Positions 1 to 13,810 of a stretch of DNA of 64,000 bases are shown here, in pieces. Position 1 is the stretch's first letter, and each line of letters begins with the position of its first letter. The position numbers were made by a program, and so were the translations under genes. This DNA comes from Octopus vulgaris (lineage: Eukaryota): NCBI GenBank assembly GCA_951406725.2, contig OX597820.1, positions 101,246,001 through 101,310,000 on the forward strand, written 5' to 3'. The notes under the pieces are model-generated. The model searched no databases. It worked only from the letters and a program-made list of their open reading frames with translations, and was not told the origin of the DNA.

Positions 1-984
1 GAAAGGTTTTAAGAATTTAGGCATACTTTTTGGGATTACTGAAACACTTGAGAATCACACACACACACACACAAATGCACATGCGCATGCGCACACACAC
101 ACATACACACACCACGCACACAATGTACTTCTTTCAGTTTCTATCTACCAAATCCACTCACAAGGCTTTGGTTGGCCTGAGACTATAGTAGAAGACCATA
201 TTTAGTAGTTGCCCAAGGTGTTATGCACCTTAATCACTAAGTCATGTGCTTTCATACACACACACATATATGTACGTATATGTGTGTGTGTGTGTATCTT
301 TGTGTCTGTGTTTGTGCTTCAATGCTGCTTGACAACCAGTGTTGGTGTGTTTATATCCCTTTAACTTAGCAGTTTGGAAAAAGTACCAGGCTTGAAATAA
401 ATAAGTAACAGGGTTGATTCATTCGACTAAAAATCCTTCAAGGTGGTGCCCCAGCATGGCCACAGTCAAATGACTGAAACCAAAAATAAAAGATAACAGC
501 AAAACATTTAGAATTACTAATTATTTGGAGATGCCCTCCACATAAGTATGATTTAATATTAGAAAATATTTGATAGGCTGTGGTGGGCATGTGTAATGTC
601 AGTGACTATCTGATGGTGAACTGTTGTTGATAAAACAATTTACACTGTAGGTGTCATTAGCTTGATGTTTCCCAAACTCTTGTATAATATTTGGTGTGAT
701 TGAGTTTTGTGTAAACTCCAACCTTGAAGTTTTCTTCTATACATCTTTCAATGATGTTATTAATTTTTAATTTTCCCACCTCCTCACCCTCCTTTTCTCT
801 CATGTTATTCTAAATGGTGAATTATAAAATAACAAGATTTTACAATTTTATCAATGAATAATGATGTATATATTTTCATTGTTAATCAATTAATGTACAA
901 TTCTCGGGGATGAGATGGAAGTGAGAGAAAGAGAGGGGAAAGAAGGAAAAGACCATTTACACTAAAATGATTTAGATTATTGCT

Positions 985-1236
985 TGACGTGGCACGTTAA
1001 AAGCACCAACCAATCGTGGCTGCTGCCAGACTCCCCTGGCACCTGTGCCGGTGGCACGTAAAAAGCACCCACTACACTCACGGAGTGGTTGGCGTTAGGA
1101 AGGGCATCCAGCTGTAGAAACACTGCCAGATCAGACTGGAGCCTGGTGCCGCCTCCTGGCTTCCCAGACCCCGGTCGAACCGTCCAACCCATGCTAGCGC
1201 AGAAAACAGACGTTAAACGATGATGATGATGATGAT
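985..1236 (+). mobile_element. RTE-family 3' end with (GAT)n tail
   Basis: Shares ggcacgtaaaaagcaccc..ggaagggcatccagctgtagaaac..gacgttaaacgatgat with the RTE at 30616. Confidence 0.85.
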
Positions 1237-2574
1237 ATTTGTTCATTGCATTATAATCTAGATATTTCGCTACTTATATTTTTGCCACAAATGTAAAAAA
1301 AAAACCCCAAAAAACGAAAAAAAGAAAAGAAAATGTAATTCACTAAAATAACAATTTTTATAACTTGAGTCAACTTCAGTTTTAGGAATGTTGTACATCA
1401 TCTGTTTGTTCACCGTCAGTTTATTTGGAAATTCTTTAACAACCAAAATGTATTTATTAGTGACATTCTTTACATACCAATATGTTCTTACTTTTCTTTT
1501 ACATCAAAGAAGCCCACTCACCCATTGCTGTTGAGGAGATTTTGAGATTTTTAACGATCAACAGTTTAATTTCAGTCAAAATTTCTTACTAATTCTTCCT
1601 TTGATTTAAAACTTTGTTCAGATTTTAAACTTAATCTGTATGTTGATCTTTCGACAGGTTTTGGGATTAGTACCATGTCACCTGTTATTTAAACTTTAGT
1701 AATCAGGATGGTCAGCAGTGTATGTTTCTTTTGGATAATTGCCCTTTACTTTTTGGTCCTATATGTTGTAAATAGAAGCTTGAGCTCTTTTAGGCTCTTA
1801 TAGTATCATACACACTTCAGATAAAAAAAAAATAATAAAATAATGATTCTTTGTTGAATGTGAAATAATTCCTTTTAGGAATGGAGAATCTCACAGCAAA
1901 TAATGCTAAAGATATCATCATCATCATCCTTTAACATCTGTTTTCCATGTTGGCATGGGTTGGGTACATTGACCAGCTCTGGCAAGCAGGAGAGCTGCAT
2001 CAGGTTCAAATTTGGTTTGGCTTGGTTTCTACAGCTGAATGCCCTTCTAATGCCAACCACTTTACAGTGTATGCTGGGTGCTTTTAACATGGCACCAGCT
2101 TGAGTGCTCTTACGTGGTGCAGGCATAAGTGCTTTTCACATGACACCAGCACAGGGTTCTTGTAGGCCAATCCTCTTTATTAGGTGAAGTGGCATTAACA
2201 CTTCTCCTGTGGAGGATGGGGGTCTTATTGAGTACAGCAATGCATCAGATATCTTGATCCTTTGTCCTCTCCTTGTCCTTCAGTATTTTGTCCCATGTCT
2301 TCCTGGGTTCCCCTCTTTCATGAGTTTGCATGTAAATATTGGGTTAAAATCCCTTTGGATAAAAAAGATACTATTACTCAGTTTTATTTGCTCAAGTTTA
2401 ATCGTTCCAAAAAGGAACTATTTCATGTTTTCTCTTGAAGTTTCTAAATTTTTATGGCGTCTTCATTAAATGCTTATTTGTTGGTGTTCAGTACCCCTAA
2501 GGATGCTGATTAAATTGAGAAAAGAAAATGAGGAATAGAAAACCGAAGTTGATTAGTGAACAAATTGGTTTTCT

Positions 2575-2800
2575 CTTTCTCTCTTTTCTCTTTTACTTGT
2601 TTCAGTCATTTGACTGCGGCCATGCTGGAGCACCACCTTTAGTCGAGCAAATCGACCCCGGGACTTATTCTTTGTAAGCCCAGTACTTATTCTATCGGTC
2701 TCTTTTACCGAACCGCTAAGTGACGAGGACGTAAACACACCAGCATCAGTTGTCAAGCAATGCTAGGGAGACAAACACAGGCACACAAACACATACACAC

Positions 2801-2857
<57 letters not shown>

Positions 2858-3031
2858 TATATACATATATATACGACAGGCTTCTTTCAGTTTCCATCTA
2901 CCAAATCCACTCAAGGCATTGGTCGGCCCGGGGCTATAGCAGAAGACACTTGCCCAAGATGCCACGCAGTGGGACTGAACCCGGAACCATGTGGTTGGTT
3001 ATCAAGCTACTTACCACACAGCCACCCCTGC
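2575..3031 (-). mobile_element. SINE family A
   Basis: Reverse complement of the 17777 copy with an expanded (TA)n. Confidence 0.9.
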
Positions 3032-5744
3032 CAACTCCTTAAGTTCATGTGCAAACTATAAAACACTGAAAAAAGTTGTAAGAACAAAGTTATAAATATA
3101 TATATAAGTTAAAGAAGGAGGGCCTATGACCTTTGTAATCCATCCTCCAGCCTGGTGAGATTGATGTGGCTGATGTCCAATTTGAACACCTGCTGGTAAA
3201 TTTTGCAACATTGTTATGCTGCATTCTATTGAATGACACCCATTGCTATTGTAGCAGAAAAATATCTATTTCCAAAGTGAAGTTGTCCACAAAATATATT
3301 TGAATCATTTTAGGGTCCTGTTTACTATGAAAAGGATCTGTTCATTGATTTGTATTTATAAAATATTGTTCTCTTTTAAATCTAATCATAATAATGAATG
3401 TATAGGGTAATAAAGGACCTTCTTAAAAGTTGCTTGAAATTTCCATAAACCACTTCTGTAGTGACTTGTAAATTAAAGACCATCAATATGTTAGACTAGA
3501 ATAATGGGATGAATAATGAAATGCTGGTTGGATTCTTTGTTTGGTCAGTTAGTTGACCAAACAACAACAAAAACAAACATCATTATCATTGTCATCAATC
3601 TTTTAATGACAGTTTTTAAAAAAATTTTTTCATTATGGCTTTTGTGAGATGAATCTGATGTACAGTCTCTTGTTACTTGCCTCAATCCTTTATTGTCTTT
3701 GTTTGTAAGACCAGGTTTATACTATCTGGCTACCACTTCTCATGTTTCCATCAGGAACAAGTAACTTCCAGTGTTGGTTTACAGCACTTGTCGCTCCACA
3801 TTCAGTGTCCATTTACATTACTATCATACTGTTATTTCTCCCACAAACATTGACTGATACTTGCAATGTCCTGCTGCTCTCCCATCTCACTCTACATTGC
3901 TTATTTTGCACATTAACCATTTACCTGTTCAAAGTATTGTCATGAGTTTGTCTTAAACTGCTGTACATATTTTCGGACCTTTAGTTAACCCTTGTTTCAT
4001 ATGCTCTGAGTAACGTAAATATTTCCTTTCATTATTCCTAAGTTAATCTGATGGTTGAAATAATGAGAATGTGTACCATATATGATGCATAGACATCAGG
4101 GAAATATATCCATTGTATTTCATTTGAGACACAGGACTGGCAAAGAGTTAATGTTATGCATCCAATGTGTTCTTCTGTATCCTCTATAGATTAATGCTGT
4201 GTCCATGTCCTACCATATAGTATTATACTTCTTTATATACTTCATAGTTTCCTTTTTGAAAAGAGAAACACTTTCCTACCACCATAAGTAGCAGCTACTA
4301 TAGCTTCTGTTCTTTTCTTATGTAAGCTACTCAGCTTTCCCCACACAAAAACTATCTTCTGCATCTCTCATTTGGCTGAACACTGAAAAAGGCTTCATTT
4401 CATAGTTGTCTTTCTTACTAATTATTTTTGCACATATTGTGTAATTCAGGTTTCACTTCAATCTTATAGACATTCCACTATAATTTTGCTATATCCATTG
4501 TTTACACCAGCTATACAGTCTGAGTTTGCATTCACTTTTTTCCAACATAATAAGGCCACTTTCTCTGAAGGTAATATACCCTCTATTATTGGCTTTCATG
4601 TTGGGCCTTACCATATTGATATCTAACCCCTTACTCTGTCAAATGTAATGCTTATTTATTCACATTGTTTTAAATTAATCATCTGTTATCTCTTACCTTC
4701 AAGAGTGACGTTGTAGGATAGGTATGAGGGGGCCAGAGCTGGAAAGTTTCATCATAAGACAATCAGAATATTTGGACTAGATATGACTAGTTTGTAAAAT
4801 TTTCTGCAGCTCCTTTAGCAGTTTCTCATATGAAAACCAGGTCAGCAGCCTGTAAAAGTTCTCAGTGACATATTTCCTGAACACTTGCACTGTTATCTTC
4901 AAATTTAAAATTTAAAAAAAAATTGTTTTTTGATTAAGAGTTTATACCCTCTCTGATGGGACTGGTTTATTTTGGATGTAATGTACAGATGCCATTTTTA
5001 GCAGTATGTCTGTAAAAAGGTACCTGACGTTTATGGGTATTGTATTTTTAATTTAACAAAATTTAGATTTATACAGTGGAAATGCTTGTAAAGAACACTG
5101 AATACATTTGCTATTATCAACCATTTAAAAAAATTTTTTTAAAGAATATTTCTTTGAACTTTAAAATGGTTGATTTATATGAACATTAAATTATACACAA
5201 ATATGTAGTTTATAAATTTTGCACAAGTTTTTTTTTATTTATTTTAAAACAAAATCTACATTTATTCAAATATTTCTTCTGATAAATTTTTCAAAACTTT
5301 TAAGTATTAAGCAACTCTTCTGAATATTTACAGAATTTTTTCCCCTCCTTGTCTTTGATCTGTTTGAGATTCACATCAAATAACAAATGAGTAGCTCATG
5401 ATCATTTCATCATTATGTTTATCATGATGTGAGTTATATAATCACCAACTACATTTTGGAATATCATTAGGTTTTGTTGTAAATTATAGATACATGAATC
5501 TCACCGCATGATCTTTCTTCCCGAAGAAATTTTTTTACAACTAAAAGTTATTTCAGTATCACAGTTGAATGTCCTAAATAATTAGTAGTTTATTGATAAA
5601 TCAGTTTTACAGTATTACTGTTTTATTTTTTTTTCTCAAACTGATTTATTTTTTTACTGTTTTGCCTCGATTTTTCTTCTTTCCTTACATTTTTAGACCA
5701 AAATATATTGTACTGATCGATGTTAATTTGAAGTGTATATATCA

Positions 5745-6150
5745 GGTGGAGGCATGGCTTTGTGGTAAGAAGCTTCCTTCCCAACCACATGGTTCCAGGT
5801 TCAGTCCCACTGTGTAGCACCTTGGCCAAGTGTTTTCTACTATAGCCTCAGGCTGACCAAAGCCTTGTGAATGGATTTGGTAGAGGGAAACTGAAAGAAG
5901 CTCGCCATATAAATATATATATATATATATATGTTTGTGTGTTTGCCTCTCAACAATCGGTGTTGGTGTGTTTATGTCCCTGTAACTTAGCAGTTTGGCA
6001 AAAGAGACTGATCGAATAAATATCAGGCTTAAAAATCGAAAATAAATGAGTACTGGGGATGATTTATTCGACTAAAAAGTCTTCAAGGCAGTGCTCTACC
6101 ATGGTTGCAGTCTAATGACTGAAACAAGTAAAAGTCGTCAAAAGATAAAA
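5745..6150 (+). mobile_element. SINE family A (diverged)
   Basis: Head, microsatellite and tail all recognisable. Confidence 0.85.
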
Positions 6151-6389
6151 AATACATCCTTGTACATTCTATCACTCATAGCATATATTTTGTGAGTTTA
6201 AGAAATGTATCAATTATTTCACTTGGCAATATCTTATTTGAAGTTCAAAAAGTCGATGCAAAAGAAAGGGAATGAAAAATCTCAGATATTTTAAACAAAG
6301 TTGACATTTAAGACATTTTATGGTGAAACTGGCATTGGTGGTCACAAGTTTCATACATAGCACTAGATACCTATTATGCATATGTATAT

Positions 6390-6987
6390 ATGAATTGATG
6401 CTGTCTCTAGTGGTCAAGCATCTATCATTGACAAGACCAAGGAAGATAGAAATCACATGATCTTGTGGTCTTGGCACTGGGGGTAGCAAGGATTTATTTC
6501 CCCACAAGCGATATAAACGAGTGCATTTTGCATCAAAATCCCATGTTAGAGTTTCTCTCGTGGCAACTAATGCAGTATAGTTTGTTCTAATAGAACATCC
6601 ATGTTATTACCTCTCATTATGAATACTGCCTCTGTCACTAATGAATATTTTTTAGCAAGCTCACTGGCTAATTGTGGCACCAGTGCCCATTCTGGCACTG
6701 TTATTCTATATACTGCTGGCAGGTAGATGAATCTCTGCTATCTCTAGTGGTTGAGCATCCATCATTGACAAGACCAAAGAAGGCCAAAATCATGTGTTCT
6801 GGTGGTCTCAGCATTGGAGGTGGCAGGGATTTATTTCCCCTTTAATAATATAAACAAAAATGCATTTTGCTCCAAAAGCCTATATGAGAGTTCCTCTCAT
6901 GGTAGCTACAGCAGTATAGTTTGTTCTAACAGAACATCCACATTTAATTGAGGATAAATATTAATACTGCTTTTGTTGTTAATGAAT
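6390..6987 (+). repeat. Diverged tandem duplication, period ~340 bp
   Basis: tctctagtggt..catt gacaagacca..ggatttatttcccc..gcagtatagtttgttctaa occurs twice. Confidence 0.85.
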
Positions 6988-7110
6988 ATATATATATATA
7001 TTGAAGTTTGTATGATTGTGTATAGAAGAATATATTAATCAATGAAATTCCAACTAAATCTGATTTTCATGTTTTATTATTTGCAAATTTTACAATTTTA
7101 CAATGTTGAA

Positions 7111-7161
7111 ATAAATTAGTACTTTCATGCATCAATCGGGTTTACACAATCATCAGGTTTA
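7111..7161 (-). ncRNA. Hammerhead ribozyme motif abutting a MITE insertion
   Basis: Minus strand reads taaac-CTGATGA-t-tgtgt..atgca-t-GAAA-GTAC-TA-atttat. Core intact, palindromic stem III, stem I with one mismatch. Confidence 0.55.
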
Positions 7162-7910
7162 CCATAAAAACCCATGTAATTTTTTTCACTAAAATTAAAA
7201 TAAACTTTAGGGGTGCGTAAATCTACATGAGTAGATTGTTTCCAGAATTTTTTTTGAAATTTTTTTTGTTGAAAAAAGACATACAAAACTTAAACATTCG
7301 AACTGGAAGTTGACTCATTTAATGCCAGAATAGGTTTTTACAGAAAAAATAGTGACTTAATTATAATGAAGTTGACTATTATTTATGCTGGATGTTCTGG
7401 TGGTCTCAGCACTGGAGGTGGCAGGGATTTATTTACTCTTCCTATATAAATTTACTAAAATCATTAATGTTTATTAGTAATCAAAATTAATTTGCAACAC
7501 CTATGCATTGTTTTTGTTCATAATTCTTATCAACAACTTTTCCTGTGATCATGATTTGAGAAGACATACAGCAGTATGCTAAAGATCGGACATAATCTCC
7601 TGTGGGCAAGAAATGTAAAATAAAGTTTATTATAAATAGAACAAACACTTCGTAATTTAATAGCTTTTAATGTGATACCTGTTAGACAGAAATTATTTTT
7701 ATTTAATGAAAATTTAATAAAATCTAATCATAAGTAAGTGAAATTATGCTAAATACAACTAAATTGAAAACTTTTTCCCCTGGCCATATTGATAATTCTG
7801 AAAACTTTTGGGTGCGAATTTTCATGAGTAGAAGTGTTTTTTAACAAATTTTATCCTCAAAATCACCTGTGTAATTTACACAGGTGTGCAAAATACATGG
7901 GTTTTTACGG
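7162..7910. mobile_element. pogo/Tc2-like non-autonomous element
   Basis: TIRs ccataaaaacccatgta / tacatgggtttttacgg with TA duplication. Confidence 0.85.
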
Positions 7911-10379
7911 TATGTAGTGACAGTCGTGTTCCACAATTGACAACTGAGTGTGTATGTATATATATGTATATATCAAAAGGATGTGTTATAATACTATTCC
8001 ACAGCCATACCAACAATCCAACATACCTCCATCATCAGCTGTCCCATGAATATCTGTAGATGAAAAACTTCTCTAAATAATATCAACTCAGCTAAATACA
8101 GAAATAACATGATAACCTATATATTTAACTTATATATTAGCAGTATCTTGTGGATTGACTAGAACATCTGTAACTCATGTATCAAAGAAGTTGCACTTTA
8201 CAACTATTATTTAATCACTAGAAAAATAGATCTTTGTGACTTTTGAAAAGAAGAGGATTCTGTTTCAGGTTAGTCCCTCCTCCTGATAAATATAGAAATT
8301 TACTTGGATTCTAGTGCTTTTCTTTCCCCAAAAGTGTTTTGTGATTTTTGAATATCACAGTCTTTCTGTCTCCTCTCTTGGCAACATTGTGTATGTCAGT
8401 GCCTTTGATAATGGTTTTTATTGTTTGATTATTTTATTGGGCTGAGGTTGGTTACATGTAAAGGAACACAGCATAAACGCATTCAGGTCACCGAGTTTTA
8501 GACTGATATAAACATATACACAGGCATGTACAAATGGACAAACATATACAAGTGTGTGCATGTACACACACATACACATGTCCACACACACATACGGTTC
8601 TAGGTTTCTGCACAGCTTCCCTCTACAAATTCTATTTATAAGGCATTGGCCCATCACTGGCTACATCAGAAGACATTTGCTCTTGCTGCTGCTGAGAGGT
8701 CAAATCCAAATAACTTCATTTTGAGGCAAACTTTTTAACTACGCAGCCATGCTAGTATTATAAATAATGCATTAATATTCCTTTATCATTTTGTAAGTTT
8801 TTAAAACTTGTGTGTCGTATGGAAGATGGCAACGCATATTCTATACACAAAAGTATATCAGGGTTTTGAAAGTGTTATAAGTATGGTGCATGTATGTAGA
8901 AATGTATTTAAGGTAAAAGAACTTTTAAAAAAAAAAAAAAAAAAAAACCTGCTTGTAGCTGAAACTGGCTTCATTGATTGATTCTGAATAGAGTTTCATT
9001 TAAAAGGATGCAGGGTGTTTTCCAATCAAGAATGAAGGGAAAAAAATACTAAGTAAATCTGTACCTGATTTTGTATTGTAGTAGTCTGCCTATTATAACC
9101 TGTTGATTGAAGGATGAAATAAATGAAACCAAGAGAGAGAGAGAGAGAGAGAGAGAAGTGGATGTAAAGGAATAGAACACAGAAGGTGTTTTGGAAAGGC
9201 AACAAGGAGAAAGGCAGATGTCATTGAGAAAAGTATAAGAAAAATAAATGTGTCAGATGTAAAAGTACCTGGTGAACTTAGTGATTGTATGACAGCACCT
9301 GTACTTCATCTTTTATGTTGCTTTCTTTGCTCATAGAAGTAAAACTCTCATATGGGGAAAATAAATAACAGATGTTTAAATATCTATCATTTAGAACACC
9401 TGAAAGGAAAGTTGTAAGTTAACAACATGTAAATAATGCAGCAATTTGTATATATTAGAAGTTCATTCAAATCCAAGCTGGCCAGTTGTATTTTAAGAGG
9501 ATGCGAGAAAATATATATATTTTTAAAGAATTCAGAACAATAAGTTATGAAATTTAGTTTCTATTTTTATCTTTCATTGAATATCAAATTGTCATAGGTA
9601 CAAGCATGGCCATGTGGTTAAGAAGCTCTCACATCAACAATGTGGCTCTGGGTTCAATCCCACTGCAAGGCACCTTGGGCAAGTGCTTTCTGCAATAGAC
9701 TCTGGTTGATAAAAGCCTTGTGAGTGAGTCTGGTAGACAGAAATGGAAAAAAAAAGTAATGCATGTATGTGTGTGTATATGAATCAGTTCGTATTTTCCC
9801 CGGTCTTGTGTGTGTTTTCTGGTTGTAAGCAAAGGCTTTGCTGACAGTATTGAATGTGTTGTTTACTTGTAGTCCACTTGAAAGCATCTCTAGGCTGCTT
9901 CTCCACAGCATCATGTCCGGACAGTTTGTTGTTCACTTGACCAGTAGATTATTATCTCACTCAGAAACAGGCAGGGATTAATGTCAGGAAGGGCTGTAGA
10001 AAATTCTTCTCTAGTGTACTCTTGTCTAGCCCATGCAGAAAAGAAAAGTACACACTAAAATGGTGAGGATAACAATGCCATGGAATGCTAGTATCTACTA
10101 TATATTTTCATTCTAAATTCAGAAAAGCCGAGGGATTTTTTTCTTTTTTTGTAGTTTTGAATTTTAATTCTGCATTTGTATGCATATAGTTCCTTCCCTA
10201 TTTCTCTTATTGCTTTTGACGGCTTATTTGAAAATGTTCATATGAGCACATGGCTTCAAAGTCATCATGGGTGGCAACAGAAGAATTTCATAGGTTACAG
10301 GTTGTGCAAATCTAATTTCAGGAAATATTATTAAGAGAATATTTTTTGTATTTCAGTAGATCAGTAACAATAATGTGCA

Positions 10380-10410
<31 letters not shown>

Positions 10411-10411
<1 letters not shown>

Positions 10412-10790
10412 AATCCTTAAATCCTTTAGGCTGAAGGCCACGGCCATGCTGGGGCACCACCGCTGAATGAGCTACACTAATATGTGAATCCACCTCTGAT
10501 ACGTGGCACTTGGTCAACAAGGGAGTTCGATGCCGATTCCCGCATCTGTGTCTCCTGTCGTGAGGTAGGTTCATCTGGGACCCCTGACAAGAAGAGATCA
10601 AGTTTAGTTTTAAAGAAACCCACATCCACACCATGCAAGTCTCTCAGGCATTTAGGGAGGATGTTAAAGAGCTGTGGTCCTCTGAAACCCAAGCTGTTGC
10701 AGTATCTGGTCTTGTATTTTGATGGTGATGTTGGAATTTTTGGCACCATGCAGTGGCGCCCCGTTTTGGCTGCCATGGGTTTTGCAGTAA
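10411..10790 (-). mobile_element. 3' end of a second CR1/L2-group LINE
   Basis: ORF 10477-10776 contains SLGFRGPQLFNILP..FKTKLDLFLSGVPDEP. Short 3'UTR ends in (aaggattt)2 next to (TA)n. Confidence 0.8.
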
Positions 10791-10973
10791 ATTACTAAAT
10801 CATCCATAACTTTTGTATTATCCTCTCAAATTATACCAAAATCTCAGGCAATAACAAATAATATCGTATTTATTGTCTGTGAAAAATTATAGAATATAAA
10901 ACAACTTTGATAAAAAATTATATCTACTTTTCTGACAAAAACAATGCCATTCTGAACATTTTGGCCGCCACTG
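10791..10973 (-). mobile_element. Tc1-like terminal fragment
   Basis: TA + cagtggcggccaaaatgttcagaatg end on the minus strand. Confidence 0.5.
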
Positions 10974-11300
10974 TATATATATATATAATATATAATGTGT
11001 ATATATATATATATATCATGATCATCATCATCATGGCTGAGGTTCATGCTGTTATGTTTGTGTATTTGTTTTGCAAAATTCTTGATGTGAAATCGTGTGT
11101 TGAAACAGATATTGTTATATTTCGGGATGGTCTTTTATTTTTTTTTTTCTGACAAATAAACACACACACTCTTAAGCGTTATTATTGTTCTTATCTTAGT
11201 GTCCTTTGTCTTAAATCTTTTGTCACACTTCCTGTGACCTCTTCAGCGACTCTCCATCCCATGTGTATCAGCTTGTTCTATTCATATATATATATATATA

Positions 11301-12033
11301 TATAATTTCAACAATTGAGGGTAAAATTAATTAATTAATCAATTTCACCAAGTATTCAGTATACAAAGGGACCATTTAAGGCGAATTCAAATTATTACAT
11401 TATATAAAAGGGCTTAGTAAAATAAATTACTTTGCCGCATACTGAACTCATTAGAAATAGCAGCTAAAAAAACTTTTTTAAAACTATCTCCAATACTTAA
11501 AGAAAACCTCTCTCATATAGTGTTTGCTCAATTCAACTCACGAAAGTATGGGGGTAGAGACATTAAAAAATCAAATGCAAAGGTTATTTGAGAACGTACG
11601 TTTCAAGATTAGTCAAAATCGACACTTCTATCATCAGCTCAGAACTCCCTGGTTTGGATTTGAAAACACTGAAAGTGGGAGCATACCCTTTCGGCCTGTT
11701 ATCGCTTCTGAAGATCTGCTCAAAACTAACAGTGCTAGCAAATTCAAATATTGCAAGCGAAGAATTTCTGCTCTCCCCTTTCCACCAGCGTGGGTTAAAA
11801 TCAGCAAACACTATGCTTTTTTCGGTAAAATCCGAGGCATTATATAGAGAGAGATGAATTATAATTTCAACAATTGAGGGTAAAATTAATTAATTAATCA
11901 ATTTCACCAAGTATTCAGTATACAAAGGGACCATTTAAGGCGAATTCAAATTATTACATTATATAAAAGGGCTTAGTAAAATAAATTACTTTGCCGCATA
12001 CTGAACTCATTAGAAATAGCAGCTAAAAAAACT
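11301..12033 (-). mobile_element. Non-coding hammerhead-bearing retroelement (Penelope pseudo-LTR or retrozyme-like), partial tandem
   Basis: Apparently identical 174-bp direct repeats at 11301-11474 and 11860-12033 (offset 559). Hammerhead in the unique part; (TA)n on both flanks. Confidence 0.7.
11589..11641 (-). ncRNA. Minimal type-I hammerhead ribozyme motif
   Basis: Minus strand reads tgag-CTGATGA-t-aga..gtcg attt tgac..tct-t-GAAA-CGTACG-TT-ctca: intact core, 4-bp stem I, stem II, palindromic stem III, GUU cleavage triplet. Confidence 0.72.
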
Positions 12034-13607
12034 CTATTATATATATATATATATATTTAAATCTGGCAAGTTGGGCAGATTTCTATGGTTACAATTTTAA
12101 TTTATTGATAATGTTGTTAACTTTATTAATACTTCTAATGCAGTACATATTTGAAGTTGGCTATCAATCAGAATGAGTGAATATGGCAAATATTCATATT
12201 TTTGGAGGATTTTAATAGCAATAAATAAAAAAATTTTAAATCATTACGCTTATTGTTTGCTGACTTTAAGGGTAAACATTTCTCTATTCTATACTGTTTT
12301 TTTGTTTGTTTTTAAATTGGTATTTATAGATTATTTATGATAACTTGGATTGCTGTCCTTGTTATTTAGACTACAGTCCAGCTCGAAGAATCTTAATAAT
12401 GAGTTCAAATATCTGTTTATGTTTTTTTTTTTTTCTTTTATTGCATTATTGTATTCTTGAACATTTGCATATGAAAGTATGAAATAATTTACTGTATTAG
12501 TTTATTTATATTGGCTGGACTAAACAAATATCTTAATGCATCCTTATCTGCATAAATGTCAAGTAAATAATATATTTCATGATTTTATGGAAAATCAAAC
12601 AGTGCTCTATCAGAACTTTTCTCACATTAGCTGCATTGAAATACTGCCCCTGCTTAATAAAATCTCTCTCTTTCTCTCTCTCTCACACACACACACACTC
12701 CTCTGCACTGATGTAAATGAGTGCACTTGTTTATGCACTCCGATACGTAACAAAATATTAAAATCTCCTATAACTTCTAAAGGGTTCTTAGATCCTTCAC
12801 CCTTTAGTATTTAAACCAGCTATTTCTTCTGGTCCAAATACTCCACCTGTCTTACGTTCATTCAAACTGGTCAGATCCAGCCTCTTGTACCTACCCTGCA
12901 ATATCATTCTAAAATTAAACAATCACATCATCGAAATCAGGAAGCTACAGGATAATGCATGATTAACTCAAAACAATGAATGAATAAGCATTATATTTGC
13001 CAGGGCCATGTCATGCTGGTACCCTTCAAAAACACCCAGCACATACATAGTAAAGTGGTTGACATTAGGACAGTATCCAGCCATAGAAACCATGCCAAAT
13101 CAGATTGAAATCTGGTGCAACTCTCCAGCTTGCCAGCTCTGCTCAAACCATGGAAAACAGATGTTGAAGGATGATGATGATGATGATTTGACAGAGTAAT
13201 CTGAATTATGAAATGATTAATGAAGACTTCTTTGTAATGTGTTGCTTTGAGAGAAACAATGTCAGTCTGGTAGAACTAGTTGTCTTTCAGGCTGTTGGTA
13301 AATGGGCTGGAGGGTAAGTGGGTCTACCTGAAATTACTGGTGAAATGAATAGATAAATGAAGAAATGTCTCGATCTGGAATTGAATGGATGTTATGGATT
13401 TTGCTTACCACTATTATGCTATGCTTCTATGTGTATGTGCATAATCCATGTTCATGTAAAGATTTAAATATTATCCTCAAGCATCATCAATGCATGATAT
13501 CTTCAGTAAATGGGTAATTTCTTAAGATGTTGCAGTGGAGTTGAGTAGTTAATGATTTAATGGTCAAAATGTAACATTGACATGAACCATCTTGCGAAGG
13601 AGGAAAT

Positions 13608-13772
13608 ATGAGTGGCTGTGTGGTAAGTAGCTTGCTAACCAACCACATGGTTCCGGGTTCAGTCCCACTGTATGGCATCTTGGGCAAGTGTCTTCTGCTA
13701 TAGCCCCAGGCTGACCAATGCCTTGTGAGTGGATTTGGTAGGTGGAAACTGAAAGAAGCTTGTCATATATAT

Positions 13773-13810
<38 letters not shown>

